DNA of 64,000 nt, taken from Eledone cirrhosa. Lineage: Eukaryota. The stretch is from contig OZ024740.1 of NCBI GenBank assembly GCA_964016885.1, positions 243,164,001 through 243,228,000 of the forward strand, written 5' to 3'. How positions within the stretch are numbered: position 1 is the first letter of the stretch; each line of letters starts with the position of its first letter. The notes under the pieces are model-generated. The model was not told the origin of the DNA. It searched no databases and saw only the letters and a list, made by a program, of their open reading frames with translations. A program made the translations under genes and the position numbers. Positions 26,805 to 39,849 of this stretch are shown here, piece after piece.

Positions 26805-29717
26805 TCATCATCAGGTCAAGCTTGCTCGGCTTTCTACGACACGTTTCTTCCATCCATCTCTGTCTCTCATAGCGTTTGCCAGGTCTTCCGCAGTGCATCC
26901 AGTATCATCCTCAAGTTGCTTGACATTTGTCTTCTTGGGACGACCAGCGTTTCTTGCTCCATGAGATGGACTCCATAACAACACATCACCTGCTATTTCT
27001 TCCTTGCTGCGCCAACAGTGGCCAGCAAATCTGAGTCTCTGTCCACGTATTGACTTGCTGATAGGTGGTATATTGCCATAGAGATCCTTATTTGTTGGGT
27101 GTTCTCTCCAAGACACGTTTAAAGCAGCGCGGAGCATACGTGTGTATGCCCCATCTAGTTTTTTTCTCCAGTTTCGACGTTAGCGTCCAAGTGATAGAGC
27201 CATAAATAAGCACAGATTCCACAGCAGCTCTGAAGAAATTCCTTTTCAGTTTGGCCAGCAGGTTTGATTTCCATATCTTTTCCATTGCATTCAATGCTCC
27301 CCAGGCTTTTCCCAGTCTGATGTTAACATCATGTTCTGTGGAGGCGATATAGCTACCCAGGTATTTGAAGTCGTCAACTTGCTTGATTGTATTGCCGTTT
27401 AGACTTCGCATACCAACTGAGGAGTCTTAGTTCAGGCAAATATATTCTGTTTTGCCTGCGTTGACATAGAGTCCGATTTCCTTTGCAACTGATTCGATGC
27501 TGTGAAGTAGTGATGTTGCATCCTTAAGGTAGTCAGCGAGGACCGCTAAATCATCCGCATAGTCAGCATCGGTGATTTTCTGAGCTGCATGGCGTCTACA
27601 CTTTCTCTTTGTGAGAGTGAAACCAAGCTCTAAGTTTTCATCCAGGGCTTTTCTCAATACATAGTCGAGGCAGATGATAAAAATGTATAGTGCAAGAGTA
27701 TTCCTCTGGAGCACTCCTGCAATGATGTCAAAGAAGTTGGTATCTCCATCAGGTGAGCGCACCATTGCACGGGTGTTTTTATATAACATCATGATGGCAT
27801 TTACTGTTTCCCCTCCCACGATGGAGGGAATCGAATGCTTTTGAAAAGTCAATAAACAGGAGAGTTGCTGGGAGGTTTTTGGCTTTTATGCCTTCCAAGA
27901 TACGCCGAATAGTAAGTATTTGCCCTGATGTTGATCTGTTGGTGCGGAAGCCATTTTGTTTTTTTCTCAGCAAGGGGTCAATGACAGGTCTTATTCTGTC
28001 AAACAGCATGAGATTGTATATCTTTGCGGCAATTGCCATTAGTGTTATGCCATGGTAGTTTTTAGCCATTCCAAGATCGCCCTTTTTGGGAAAAGGTAGT
28101 ATACATCCCTCAGTCCATTTGTCTATGGGGTCTTGATTATAGACACCATTACACAACTCTAGTAGGATTGGGTGAAATTCAGGTACCTTCCACACTTCAG
28201 CTGGGATCTCATTGAGTCTGCACGCTTTTCCGTTACCAATACTTTTTACTGCCTTCTGTAGTGACTCCATAGTGAAAGGACCTTTCTGTATTTGGTGTTC
28301 CTCTGTAAAAACGGGTATTATTTCTTCTTCGATGATCTGTGGTGCTTTGCCAAGTAGGTTCTGAAAATGTTGTTGCCACAGTTTTAAACGTTCGTCTTGG
28401 CTGGAGGCTTTCAGTTTGGCTCTGAAACTACTTTTTCTGCCACTAATTTCATTGACAGTTTTCCAGGCTTCAGCAGACTTCTTATTACTGACAGTACTTG
28501 AGATATGATTGATCTTTCTCTGCATGTATTCGGCTTGCTCAATTTCATACTCACTTTTCAGTGCTGTACAAGCAGCATTGAAGTTACTAATGTTTTCTGG
28601 AGATCGTTGAGTGTCTTTCAATTCTGCAGTTTTTACAACTCTTTTCGCTTTTGGTGTATCTTTGCTGTTTCCCAGGGTTTTCGTTTTTTAACCTTGGGTT
28701 TTAAAGGGATGGTGTCGGCCACTGCCTCTTTGAATGCCATTTGAAAGTGGTTAAATGTAGAATTTGACGATTTTGCTGGCGTAGAGTCTTGTAGGGCAGC
28801 AAATCGGTTGCTCAGTTGGGTTACAAAGGTTTTGTAAGTCTCAGGACTGGTATTCAGAACTGCCCACTTGTAAGGAGTAGCACTTGCAGATTTCTTTTTA
28901 TCCACTCGGAGACCTAATCGTATCTTGGCCGAGACAATGCGATGATCCGAGTCAACACTAACAAATGAGTCATATGCTCTGCAGTTTTTTGCGCTGTTCT
29001 GGGAAACATACACGAAGAAAACAACCAACCCGACTTGTACACGTAAAGAAAGACATCTTTGCTGGTACACTCAATGTTCAAACACTCCAGAAAGACCATA
29101 AAATCCCTGAACTGATTGCTTCAGCAGGGGCGACCAACCATGATGTTATCTGTCTTCAGGAGCACCGGTTCATACATGAAGAGCTTGTAACAAAGGAGCA
29201 AATATTTGGCAATTGGAGGCTGATAACCTGCTCAGCTTGGGAAAACAACATGAATGCAGCAAATGGTGGAGTTGGAATGCTTTTCAGCCCGCGAGCCTAT
29301 GACGCACTTGCGAGTGTTGAAATGATAACATCATGGATAATGATAGCTACGTTTAACGGGAATCCTAAAACCACTGTAATCTCTTGCTATAGTCCAACAA
29401 ATGTATGTGACATGGCCGAAGTAGAGAGGTTTTACATGGAACTAACATCACTCACTAGACAAATCCCGAAACATAATGTTCTCATCATTGGCGGAGACTT
29501 CAACGCGCGTCTTGGACAGCTTGATGGATTCAAATTCTCATACCACTCACAAACCAATAGAAACGGTTGTATGCTAAAAGATTACTTGTGTGAGAACAAT
29601 TTACGATGTCTCAACGCCATATTCCAAAAAAGACCAGGCCAGCGGTGGACACACAAATCTCCAAATGGCGACAAGACACAACTAGATTATATCATAATCA
29701 ATCGAAAATGGAAGAAT
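26805..29717 (-). mobile_element. RTE-superfamily LINE with inverted 5' (endonuclease) segment and 12-bp TSD
   Basis: RT on the minus strand (FIDFSKAFDS, DADYADD, RLRFAGHCWR...GRP) with a (GAT)n tail at ~26803-26812. APE domain on the plus strand at 29001-29720 (GTLNVQTL, CLQEHR, SCYSPT, GGDFNA, QLDYII). TSD AGCCATAATACA at 26793-26804 and 29718-29729. Confidence 0.92.
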
Positions 29718-29729
29718 AGCCATAATACA

Positions 29730-30807
29730 CCTGCTAAAAAGTTTTAACACTCAAGGATATTCATGCTGACATGGCTGCAATATTAGGGGATGATACTCCA
29801 GCTTTATCAACAGTGCAAAAGTAGGCAGCTGAATTTAGGAGGCAAAGGGAGAGTCTTGAAGATGACCCAAGGTCTGAACGTCCTGCAACTGCCACCACCA
29901 AGGAAAATATTGATTGTGTTCACCACGTGGTTATGGATGACAGGTGATTGACTATAAATCAAACAGCCAATGCTATTAGCATATCCTGTGAGAGAGTTGA
30001 GAATATTCTGCACAATGAACTTGGCACGACGGAGGTTTCTGCTCAGTGGGTGCCACATCTTCTGACACCTGATCAAAAGCACACAAGGCTGATCACATCC
30101 CACAGAAAAATTTGACACTGTTTGAAGCATATCCAGTTGGTTTCCTTGAATGTTTCCTAACCCAGGGTGAATGTTGTGTTTGTCAGTTTGAACCAGAGTC
30201 AAATAGACAATCCATGCAGTGGAAACACTCCTCCTCACTTGCTCCAAAGAAGGCCAAGGTCGTTTCATCTGCAGGGATGGTAATGGCCTCAGTTTTGTGG
30301 GACGTAAAAGTATTTGTGTTTATTGACTATCTTCAAAAGGGCCACACCATAAATGGAGAGAACTATGCCAACTTGTTGAGGCAGTTACAAAAGGCTATCA
30401 AGACCAAACACCCATGAAAACTGATGAAAGGGGTCTTGTTTCATCAGGACAATGCTCCAGCACACAATTCCTTGGTTTCAATAGCTGCTGTGCGTGACTG
30501 TGGCTTTAAACTGGTTGATTACCCTCCCTATTCTCCTGATTTTCCCCCATCTGACTATCATCTATTCCCCAACATGAGAAAACACCTGGCTGAGAACCAG
30601 TCTCACAATGATGATGACGTCATATCTGCTGTTGATGACTTTTACGACCAACAGGATGAAAGCTTCTTCACCAATGCGATCCAACCACAGTAAAACAAAT
30701 GGAAGAAGTATGTGGACTGCAATAGGAACTATGTTGAAAAAATAAATCTCATTTGGTCATGTGGGAGTATCTTGATCAGCCTATGAACTTTTAAGCCTAT
30801 CCTTGTA
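29730..30807 (+). mobile_element. Degenerate mariner (DD34D-type) transposon, 5' end unclear
   Basis: WVPHLL (cagtgggtgccacatctt, ~30044), VMASVLWD, FHQDNAPAH and YSPDFPPSDYHLF. TIR-like end ...cagcctatgaacttttaagcctatccttgTA. Confidence 0.85.
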
Positions 30808-31872
30808 CATTGTCTGAAAGAGGATGGAATGATCATTGGTGGAACAACTTTGATCATAGGTCTGCTTGACCAGAACTGATCTTGGGCTAAACAATGGCAG
30901 CAAGTAATATGCAACTCTGTTGTACTATGATAAAAGTAGAGTGCACTTGACGATAAAATTCCATTTTTTTTAGGTTTCCTAATGAAGTACAGATTTTTAT
31001 GGTCTTCTTCACAAAGAAACCAGAGTAGGAAATCATTTGTAATAATTGTTACTACATTACTTACATTGATGTCAATGGGAAGACATACACTTCATAACTT
31101 CAATATATTCTACAATATATTCCACAACCATTTTGGTGTTGTTGAAGACCAGATTATTCTCAACACTGACTTTCAGAAAATTAAACCCTTGTTGTTTGTG
31201 ATCAAACAACCAAATATTGATGGTTTGCAGATGCCACAAACCTGATCTTGTTTGGTGAAACTCTAAGCAAGGATACAGGTATAAGTGAAGAGAATGTAGT
31301 GTTTAGCATACCTGGGAAAGGTACTCTGGTCTTTATAGTTCAAATAAGGAGACCTGACATGCATCAAGTAATACCCTACTCTGCAGTCTTCCTGGTCTCT
31401 GAACTGTAAACACTTCTCATACACACACGCACACACATATACATATATAAAACTCCCTTACGATCAAGTGAAATTAGGCAGGTACAAGCTGCTTCTTCTA
31501 GCAAATATATTACTTGCCAAATGTCCAGCCTTTACAACACTTCTGTGACTGTTATACCAAGTGATAATTCTCACTTCCATGAATTTTTCACTGGTAGCTG
31601 TCAATTCAAAAATCCGTCCTTTCATTGAGGGGTCTCTTGAAAAGCTGATAGCTTCACGGCCCTAGTGCACTTTAGTTGCATACCAGTCAGTGAAACTGTA
31701 CAGTCAGGACTTTGAAGAAAAGATTAGGTATATTTTGTCTGTTTTCTCTTCACATTTATTATTTTTATATATATATATGTGTGTGTGTGTGTCTGTGTGT
31801 GTGTGTCTGTGTGTGTGTGTCATTGGTTCAATCAGGGGTAACCAAAGTAAGGTACTCAATACATAGTAGATT

Positions 31873-32025
31873 ATATACAACATTTGATATAGAAATGGCT
31901 TCTACAGGACTAAAACTGTTTCATTTGAAGGAAATCATCAGGAAAGCCTGGCTTTCCTGATGCTTTCCTTCAAATGAAACAGTTCTAGTCCTGTAGACGC
32001 CATTTCTATATTAAATATTATATAT
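31873..32025. repeat. Near-perfect palindrome (~75-bp arms, centre 31949) with outward-facing HHR-like cores
   Basis: ggaaagcc-t-ggctttcc centre. Plus arm CTGATGCtttccttcaaatGAAAcagttctaGTC. Minus arm CTGATGAtttccttcaaatGAAAcagttttaGTC. Confidence 0.85.
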
Positions 32026-32341
32026 TTATATTTTTTTTCCCCCATGTCTATCCAGTTTAGAATAGATACACTGTATCTCTGTCTGTAGTAAGAAGTGACT
32101 AAAAGAGTCACCAATGCTTTAGCAAGGATAATGGCCAAAAAAACCTACCTGCGTGCTTTTATATATAAGTGATGAGCTTCTACACAATTTCCATCTACGA
32201 AATCCTACTCACAAAGTAGAACCTCAGACTATAGTAGAAGATATTTCCTATTTAACACTTCTAGAATTAGGATTGAAATTGAAAGTATGCAGTTGTAAAG
32301 CAAACTTCTTGACCACAGTGATGTTTGCACTGAACACAACA

Positions 32342-33113
32342 TACAAGGTGTGTCAGAAAAAATATAGAACTGAGGTCACAAATCCAAAGTTTATCCCTTC
32401 GAAATAATCCCCCTCAGGTCTAACGCACTTTCCCATCCTTCTCCAACATGCCTCTATGTACTCCTGGAAGGATTCTCCCAGGATTTTCTGCAGCACCATC
32501 ATCACAGAAAACAGGTCATACTCGAAGATCCCGGACTCATCACCAGTGATGACTCTCCTCAGGAAGTCTGGTTTGGGTTTCAAGACACTCAAGGATGTCC
32601 TCACACACTTATATGCACCACTCCTTCTGGTCATCGTTCATCAGCTTCGCCACCATCTTCATGCAGATCTTCCACATTCCCAAATCTTTGGTGGTAATAT
32701 TCCAAATGCAATCAGTCAAACAGTTAGCTGATGATCACCATGCACCACATACCTCACATGCTCAACATTGGCCTCAGTCCTGCTTGTTGAAGGCTTTCCA
32801 CTCCTGGGGTCATCTTCTACCTTTTGTGCCACTTGAAAATCTGTGAGCATGACGTCATCTCATCTCTGTACACTTGCTGCAATATTCCAAGTGCTTCTGA
32901 TGAAGTTTTCCCCTGTCAAACCAGAACCTTCAGGCTGGTTCATTGCTCCGTTCCCATCACCCGAAAGCCTAAAATTGAGCTGTTAACAAAAGCATGTGAA
33001 AAAACCTACAATGGCTGCAAAGAGCTGAGATTGCAGTTATATACTCCCCATCGCTCAGTGGCACAAACCCACTCATAGCTCACACAGCACACTAAATCCT
33101 GACATGCCTCGTA
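32342..33113 (-). mobile_element. Internally deleted mariner transposon
   Basis: DFLRRVITGDESGIFEYD is fused almost directly to the C-terminal WRRMGKCVRPEGDYFEG. Imperfect TIRs TAcaaggtgtgtcag and ctgacatgcctcgTA. Confidence 0.8.
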
Positions 33114-33479
33114 TATATTTCCTTTGCTGCTTGTTAAAAAAACATGTCTTTTCCTCCTCTAATACTGTTGCTTCATTTTTACAAATATACTTTATCTTAA
33201 AGACATTTGAAGTCGCCCTTGACAGGCTGTTTCGTAATGTGACATAACAGCATCTTTAAGTATAGTTGGCTATAAATCAGTGTTAAATATGATTTCTCTC
33301 TCTTCACTATTTATCATATTGCTTTTGTGTCGATATAATTAGTAACTTGTTTGCAGTAGTTTCATCTCTAGGTGACAAATATTGATTTCCTTTTGGCTAG
33401 ACACTTGGTCAGTTCTTTATTAGTAAATTGAATCAAATCAATTGCTAAATGGTGCTTACTGAAAATAAAACTAGTAAGG

Positions 33480-33825
33480 TGTAAAAGTACTTCCTGGTAA
33501 TAATAAGGTCCTTCAATTAAGAAAAGAAAATAATACCCAGTCTCATTTAAATTCATAACAGTAACGTGTAAAACTACTTCCTAGATACATCCTAGTCCAT
33601 AAAGTAAGAAAAGAGAATGACCAGCCTTATTAAAATTCAGAACAGGAAAATGAAAACTACCTCCCACAGGTATCCTGATCCTTAAAGTAAGAAAAGAGGA
33701 TACCGAATCTTATTTAAATTCAGAGTAGTGAGTTGTAAAACTGCCTCCTAGATCTAATAAGTAAGAAAAGAGAACACCCAATCTTATTTAAATTCATAAC
33801 ACAAAAGCATAAAAAAACCACTTCT
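33480..33825 (+). repeat. Degenerate minisatellite, ~75-87-bp unit, about 4 copies
   Basis: Units start tg(t)aaaac(t)ac(c/t)tcc at ~33480, 33567, 33651 and 33734. Each contains taagaaaaga...tt(t)aaattca. Confidence 0.8.
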
Positions 33826-36800
33826 GGTTCTGAAATAGATACAAAACAAGAAGAAAATCATTTAACAATGTTTACTATAGATTCTGTCATCTGCAAACCT
33901 ATATAGATAATTTTTTTAAATAATTTCTAGTGTTTTCTGATGCTCACACAGACTTACCATAGTTTACAAAAGAAACTGAGATAAAAGAACCTTTATGTGG
34001 TCCCTCAACCTGCAAAATATACCACCTAAATTGCCTTCAAATTAGGCCTGACCAACTTGAAAGGAGAGTGGCACCTTGGATAATGTAATTTTAGATATCT
34101 AATGCTCAAAAGAAAATGTTAGTGGCCATGGTTAGAATGCCTTTAATCATACGTCTACTTGGTCAGATTTGATATGGGGCTAAGCAATAATAAAAAGGAA
34201 AGTTTCAAGATTAAATGAAAACAGCCACACTAAAACTACAGATTTTGGCACTAATATAATCAAGTCAATAATTTAATATATTCAATAAAACATTGTCATA
34301 AAACAAAGTAACGGCCATTAACCGAATATTTTAACTAAAACCTTAATTATCAGCAAACATTAATTTCTGCTCATTTTATTTCAAGTTTATTCTAAGCTAT
34401 GTTTGCATAAATGAATGCATACATAGTTTAAAGAGAAACACTTAGCTACCTAGAAACAGGTAGTAATGGAAAGTAAAATAAAGGAAATATATAATAGAAC
34501 AGGAGTTATTTTGTAAAGATGAACATACATACAATTATACATGTTTCATTAAAAATTAAACATCTCAATGATATACTAATTTATTCACAGATTAATCATA
34601 GAACAATCAAAAGACTAGACAATGTTGCATAACAATTTGCGAATATGTGACCAACAGACATTCAGCACAATTCAATAATCACAGACAGCTATACAGTTTT
34701 CACGTGATATTGTAGTAGTATAAATACCTTACAAACAGTTTAAATGTCACCATAACACTGAAATTAAGACAGAATATATTTCCTGTTCTCAGTGTCTGCA
34801 ACACGAGAAAATTAGATTTACATAAAGAAAAAAAATGTTAAATCATATTTCTGGAATATATTCAAGAAAATTTTCAATAGCCTTTTAAGAGATTTGAAGA
34901 TCTATAGAAAGATATATATACCTGAGATATATACTTGAATAATACAAACACATTTCAGCATTCGGAATATACAGTACATTATTCTAATCTGATTATAATT
35001 GATGTATTGAATATATTCAATGTGTTAATATGATACAGAAAACAAACACAAATTAAATATTCTGGAAGTCTGTTTTAACAATTATAATGAATTAAATCTA
35101 TTTTTTTTAATTTAGAAGAAATTGTGATAATTAAATTGAACTGGAAGTAAAAAAATAATCATAATTAAAAATAATTATCTATTGTTATTACTGTATTAAA
35201 TTCAAGCATGAGTGTGTGTATGCATGTGTATTATGTACACCATCATCATCCTTTGCTGTCCAGTAAATGATGATGATGATATATATTATACACACATATA
35301 CCAATATATGATATAAAAAATGTGGTTAGATGATTCGTTTTTGTTTTTAGTAGAAGGCACTACTATTGAGAATATCTACTGAAGATACTGTGTCTAAGTT
35401 TCATAGATTATACAGTAGTATCATTATACAGTAGTATCATTGGGTACTAAAGTGTATAGTGGCATACTTGATGAAGCAAACCAAGAAATCTTAATTAAAA
35501 TTACTTCCGCAGTGATGAAAACAATTATTTTCCAAATGACTAATTCTGGTCAAAAATCTCAAAATTTTAATTAACATAATTAGATGAATACACACATGCA
35601 TAGATATTATGATTGAAGCTGGAACATCTTTGATCAAATGTCCTAATGTTGGGAAAACCTTCTTATAGTTTATTCCTTTTATTCCTAAAAAGGAGAGTCA
35701 GTGACTTAGTCTTTCAGACAGTTCATTGTAAAAGAAACAAGATAATCGGACTAATGTTTATTTTGAACTGTTGAAGACTACTTGACAAGGAGGAAACATG
35801 AAGGGTGTAATATCAAAGAAGAACTGTTAATTCAAAGGCCAAAAAGAAAGGCTTTAATACAAAACCTGTAGAGGAAGCATCATGGAAGTAAGATATGATA
35901 AAGAAAAGCCTGCATTGAGTAGACATGGGTAGAGATAGTTATCAATTTCAGTAAAGCAGAAACCATTTTCTTAGTAATAGAAGAGTTAAAGGAGACATGT
36001 GGCAGGGGAAGTATCTAAATTATATTATCAAATGCTCTGTTTTGTAAGATGTTAAAATGTGACTTGAAGAATATTTGGTTGTTGTTTCTTGCAGGTTGAG
36101 CAACTACATAGAATCCTTTTTGTTGGATCAACATTATAGTTGTTTAGTACTAAACCAACCCTGACAGAGCAGGCATTTGATCAAAGATGTTCCAGTATTA
36201 TCTCACGGCTACATTGTTCCATATCTCCTTGCTCTTTTCGTGAAGGTAGAGTATCATTTGATAAAGATTTGGTAAGATGCTGCCTAATTAGCTGAATAGC
36301 GTGTTGGTGTGGTGTGACTATTATGTCCCAGTTGTCTGAGAGCTGAAATATGGGTGGGTAGGGGATCTTCTACTCAGAAATGCCATGTTACATAAGGCCA
36401 AGTTAATAGAGAGGCAGTCTTCAATTAGTAGTGTTATGCTATGTTCATAGTCAGAAACTTTAACTCTCATTAATTTAATCTATTTAATGCTCACTAGCGG
36501 TTTTGTTAACTTGGAGCACTAACTTCATGTTTTATGACCCTGGAGAAACTAACAGAGCAGCTCTAGTATTAAACTTTAAATCAGTCCCCAAACACTGATT
36601 CTGAGTCATGATTAATGTGATGGTTGGTGTGTATGTAACAAACCAGCCGAATATTAAACTCATCAGAGACCAATATCCACAGAAAAATAATTTCTTAATA
36701 AATTGGGGGGCTTTATAAAGACAACAATGACCCAGAATAAATACTTTTCTTTGTTTCACTAAAACAAAACAAATATGCTGTTCTTTGTTAAACTACAATT

Positions 36801-37469
36801 ATAGGCTATATATAATAAATTATACTATATTAGTACACTTGTTTCTGTTGATGGTTTACTTATTCAGAACACTCTACAAATGAACTTAACCTTGTTTGTT
36901 CCCATCAGAGCAGGTCATAAAATGATATGTTTTCTCTTTTCTGCATTATTCTCAAAAATTACTGCTGAAAATATTTCTTGTCAAACTATTTCTTGTCAAA
37001 CTAGTTCATTATATTTGACAGACTTCAGTGTCCTTTTCATCAAACCCCACATATTATCCATTAAACCAAATAACTCACAACATTCAAAAATGATCTTACA
37101 GTCAGTCATAGGGATTAGAGTGTTTGGCTTATGATTGTATGGTCATGATTTTTATTTCCGGTGTCACACATACATAAATAATGATGGCTGCAATTCGATT
37201 TCAAGTAATACCACCACTGATAAGGACTTGCCTATGGCCAGCAATGCCATGCATCACAAAAAATGTCACATATCAAGCGATGCCTGTGCTTGAAGCATTT
37301 TTAAGTGAGGAAAGGCTTTGCACAGGGCCAATCCCACTCTCTGAACATCGAATGCATTTGTCCTAAAAGAAGAACTGGTCTACTTCATTGGATGCAAACA
37401 AAGTCACAGGTTTATATCAGAGTGACCTTCTCCTAGACGTTTACATCAAGTCAACACCAGATAAGTGTA

Positions 37470-38665
37470 GATGAAAGAAAAGTACTTAATAAAAGATTCA
37501 GACAAAACCAAACATCAGTCTATAGAGATATGAAGGGCAATATAATCATGATAAACAAAAAATCACAACCAGGAAAATTGCCCAACAGTACCGCAGTGAA
37601 TCCATAGATGAAAAACTGCATGCTTATCAGCAAAAGATCATGCATGGATATGTTGCCAGGAAGCTCCAGAAAGACAGTAATATAGATAAGCAAAGTAGTC
37701 TATCTTGGACCAACAACCGCTATATTGGCTCCCACTATGAAGGATACGCTATTGCAATCCAAGAACAGGAAATCAACACAAAATACCTGATTCACAAAAG
37801 AGATAGAGATGCAGGCAAAACACCTAGATGTGATAACAAGTGTAGACTCTGCAGAATTAACATTGAAGATGTCACCCATGTCATAAGCAGCTGTCTAAAG
37901 CTGTCATCGCGGTACTATCTACCTATGAGGCATGATGTAGTGGCCAAAACACTGTACAATGCAATCCGTAGAAAAGATAGCCCCGACAATAAACACATTA
38001 AAAGCTAAAGCAATGTGGAAGACATACTTATACATAATATGAAAGAGTACTGGTGGAATGTTCCAGTAAAGACCCCAATAAAATGCAGGCATAACAGACC
38101 AGATATTATGATATGGGCCAGGGAGAAGAAAACATGCACAGTAGTGGAAGTTAGCTGCCCAGCAGATGCCAATATAATATTAAAGATTAGTGAAAAGGAG
38201 AATATCTATGCAGAACTAATGAGAAATCTACAGATACTCCACCCTGACTATACCTTCAGATTTATACCTGTGATTATTGGGGTACTGGGATATGTTAGCA
38301 ACTGCCTCAGTAAAAATCTTGAGAAGCTGGGCTTCACAGAAACAGAAAGAATGTGGTTAGTTAGGAAATTATAAGTACAATCCATTAAGGGAACAGTAAA
38401 AATATGTAAAACATTCCAAAAATTTGCATCTAATAACTGCATATACACTTGTACAGATACAAAAAATATACACATGCACACATATAACTCAAAACATACA
38501 CATCCACACATACAATAACATCCATACCTGCACATGCATGCATGCAGACATACATACATATCTACCTAGTTGATGTGTAAATTCCAATGAGAGAGTCTTG
38601 TATCTGTTAGAAACCGACTCTCTCTCTATTGGTAAACATTTGGGAAATTATAAAACCAGGAGAAC
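37470..38665 (+). mobile_element. R4/Dong-like RLE non-LTR retrotransposon, internally deleted (CCHC plus restriction-like endonuclease plus 3' UTR)
   Basis: IQEQEINTK, CRLCRINIEDVTHVISSC, YLPMRHDVVAK, NRPDIMIW...VVEVSCPAD and FIPVIIGVLG. 3' UTR has (TACA)n and a stem-loop. Confidence 0.85.
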
Positions 38666-38710
38666 ATACATAAATACATACATACATGTTTATATGCCCT
38701 AGCAATAGCA

Positions 38711-39488
38711 GTGAAGTATTATCTTGGTGATAGCACAGATATTAACAAGAACAAAACACTACCAAAAATACCATCATATATAACTAAAATAGAAAAAAAG
38801 ATTGCTGACCTACAAAAAACTATAGGATATGTGACAATACTCCTTACTTGCAAACAAAAACAAAAAAAACTTCACTCCGCACCGACAAAGAGTAAAAAAT
38901 AGAAACAATGTTTGATGACAGTACAACCAGAACTCTTCAATATAAGCTGATCAGCCTCAAACAAGAATTGAGAGCTGTTAGCGAGAAACGCCGATACCTG
39001 AAGAGGGTACATGAAAGAAAAGTAATTGATAAAAGATTCAGACAAAACCAAACATCAGTCTATAGAGATATGAAGGGCAAAGTAATAAATGTCACTGAGG
39101 CCCCATCCCAGAAAACATAGATTCCTTCTGGAGAAAAATATGGGGTGAAAAGAGAATTTCAACCAAGATGCAGTGTGGCTAAAAGAAATCCAAAAGAACT
39201 ATTGCTCCTACACTACAACAAAAACATACAAAATAAATGAGGATACCCTTGAGACTGTGATAGGAAAACTCCAAGATAAGAAAATACCAGGAAGAGACAT
39301 GATTGTCGGCTACTGGTACAAAACAACTGATATTCTATCAGATGTATCTTATGGACCTCTACCAACAAGTTCTCAAGGGAGATACACTTATACCAGAATG
39401 GTTGGCATTAGCACAAACAATACTGATCCCCAAGACCAAAGACACACACTTGGCAAAAAACTACCAACCCATTGCATGCTCCAATACT
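38711..39488 (+). mobile_element. N-terminal and early RT fragment of the same RLE family
   Basis: RFRQNQTSVYRDMKG, KIPGRDMIVGYWYK and WLALAQTILIPK...KNYQPIACSNT. 39011-39080 closely matches 37472-37540. Confidence 0.75.
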
Positions 39489-39730
39489 ATGGGCATGTGG
39501 TTAGAATGACTCAGGAAAGAATCGCTGGACAGATTTTACGGGCAAAACCAGCCAGCAGGAGACCCAGGGGTAGACCCTGAGCAAAATAGTTGGATAACAT
39601 CCATGAGCTTTGCTGGTCTTGCTTGGGGATCCAGCTGGATCAGTTGGAGACAGTTGCTTCTGACAGGACCCACTGGAAGGCGTGTTTCAGGACTCTGCCC
39701 CAATGACCCTCTCAGGAATAAGTGAGCGAA

Positions 39731-39732
<2 letters not shown>
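39485..39732 (+). mobile_element. 3' end of another APE-type LINE (RTE/L2-like)
   Basis: YYGHVVRMTQERIAGQILRAKPASRRPRGRP is a typical APE-LINE ORF2 C-terminus. Confidence 0.65.
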
Positions 39733-39789
<57 letters not shown>

Positions 39790-39849
39790 TGCATACATAT
39801 ATATATTTTGTTATATATATATATTTATATACAATGCTTCAAGCAAACT

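Noticed and set aside
33955-34797. Possible minus-strand host exons (ttgcag acceptors at ~34010 and ~34797, gtaagt donor at ~33952)
   Set aside because: Short, with no recognisable protein, and partly within a common interspersed repeat. Not supportable without RNA-seq.
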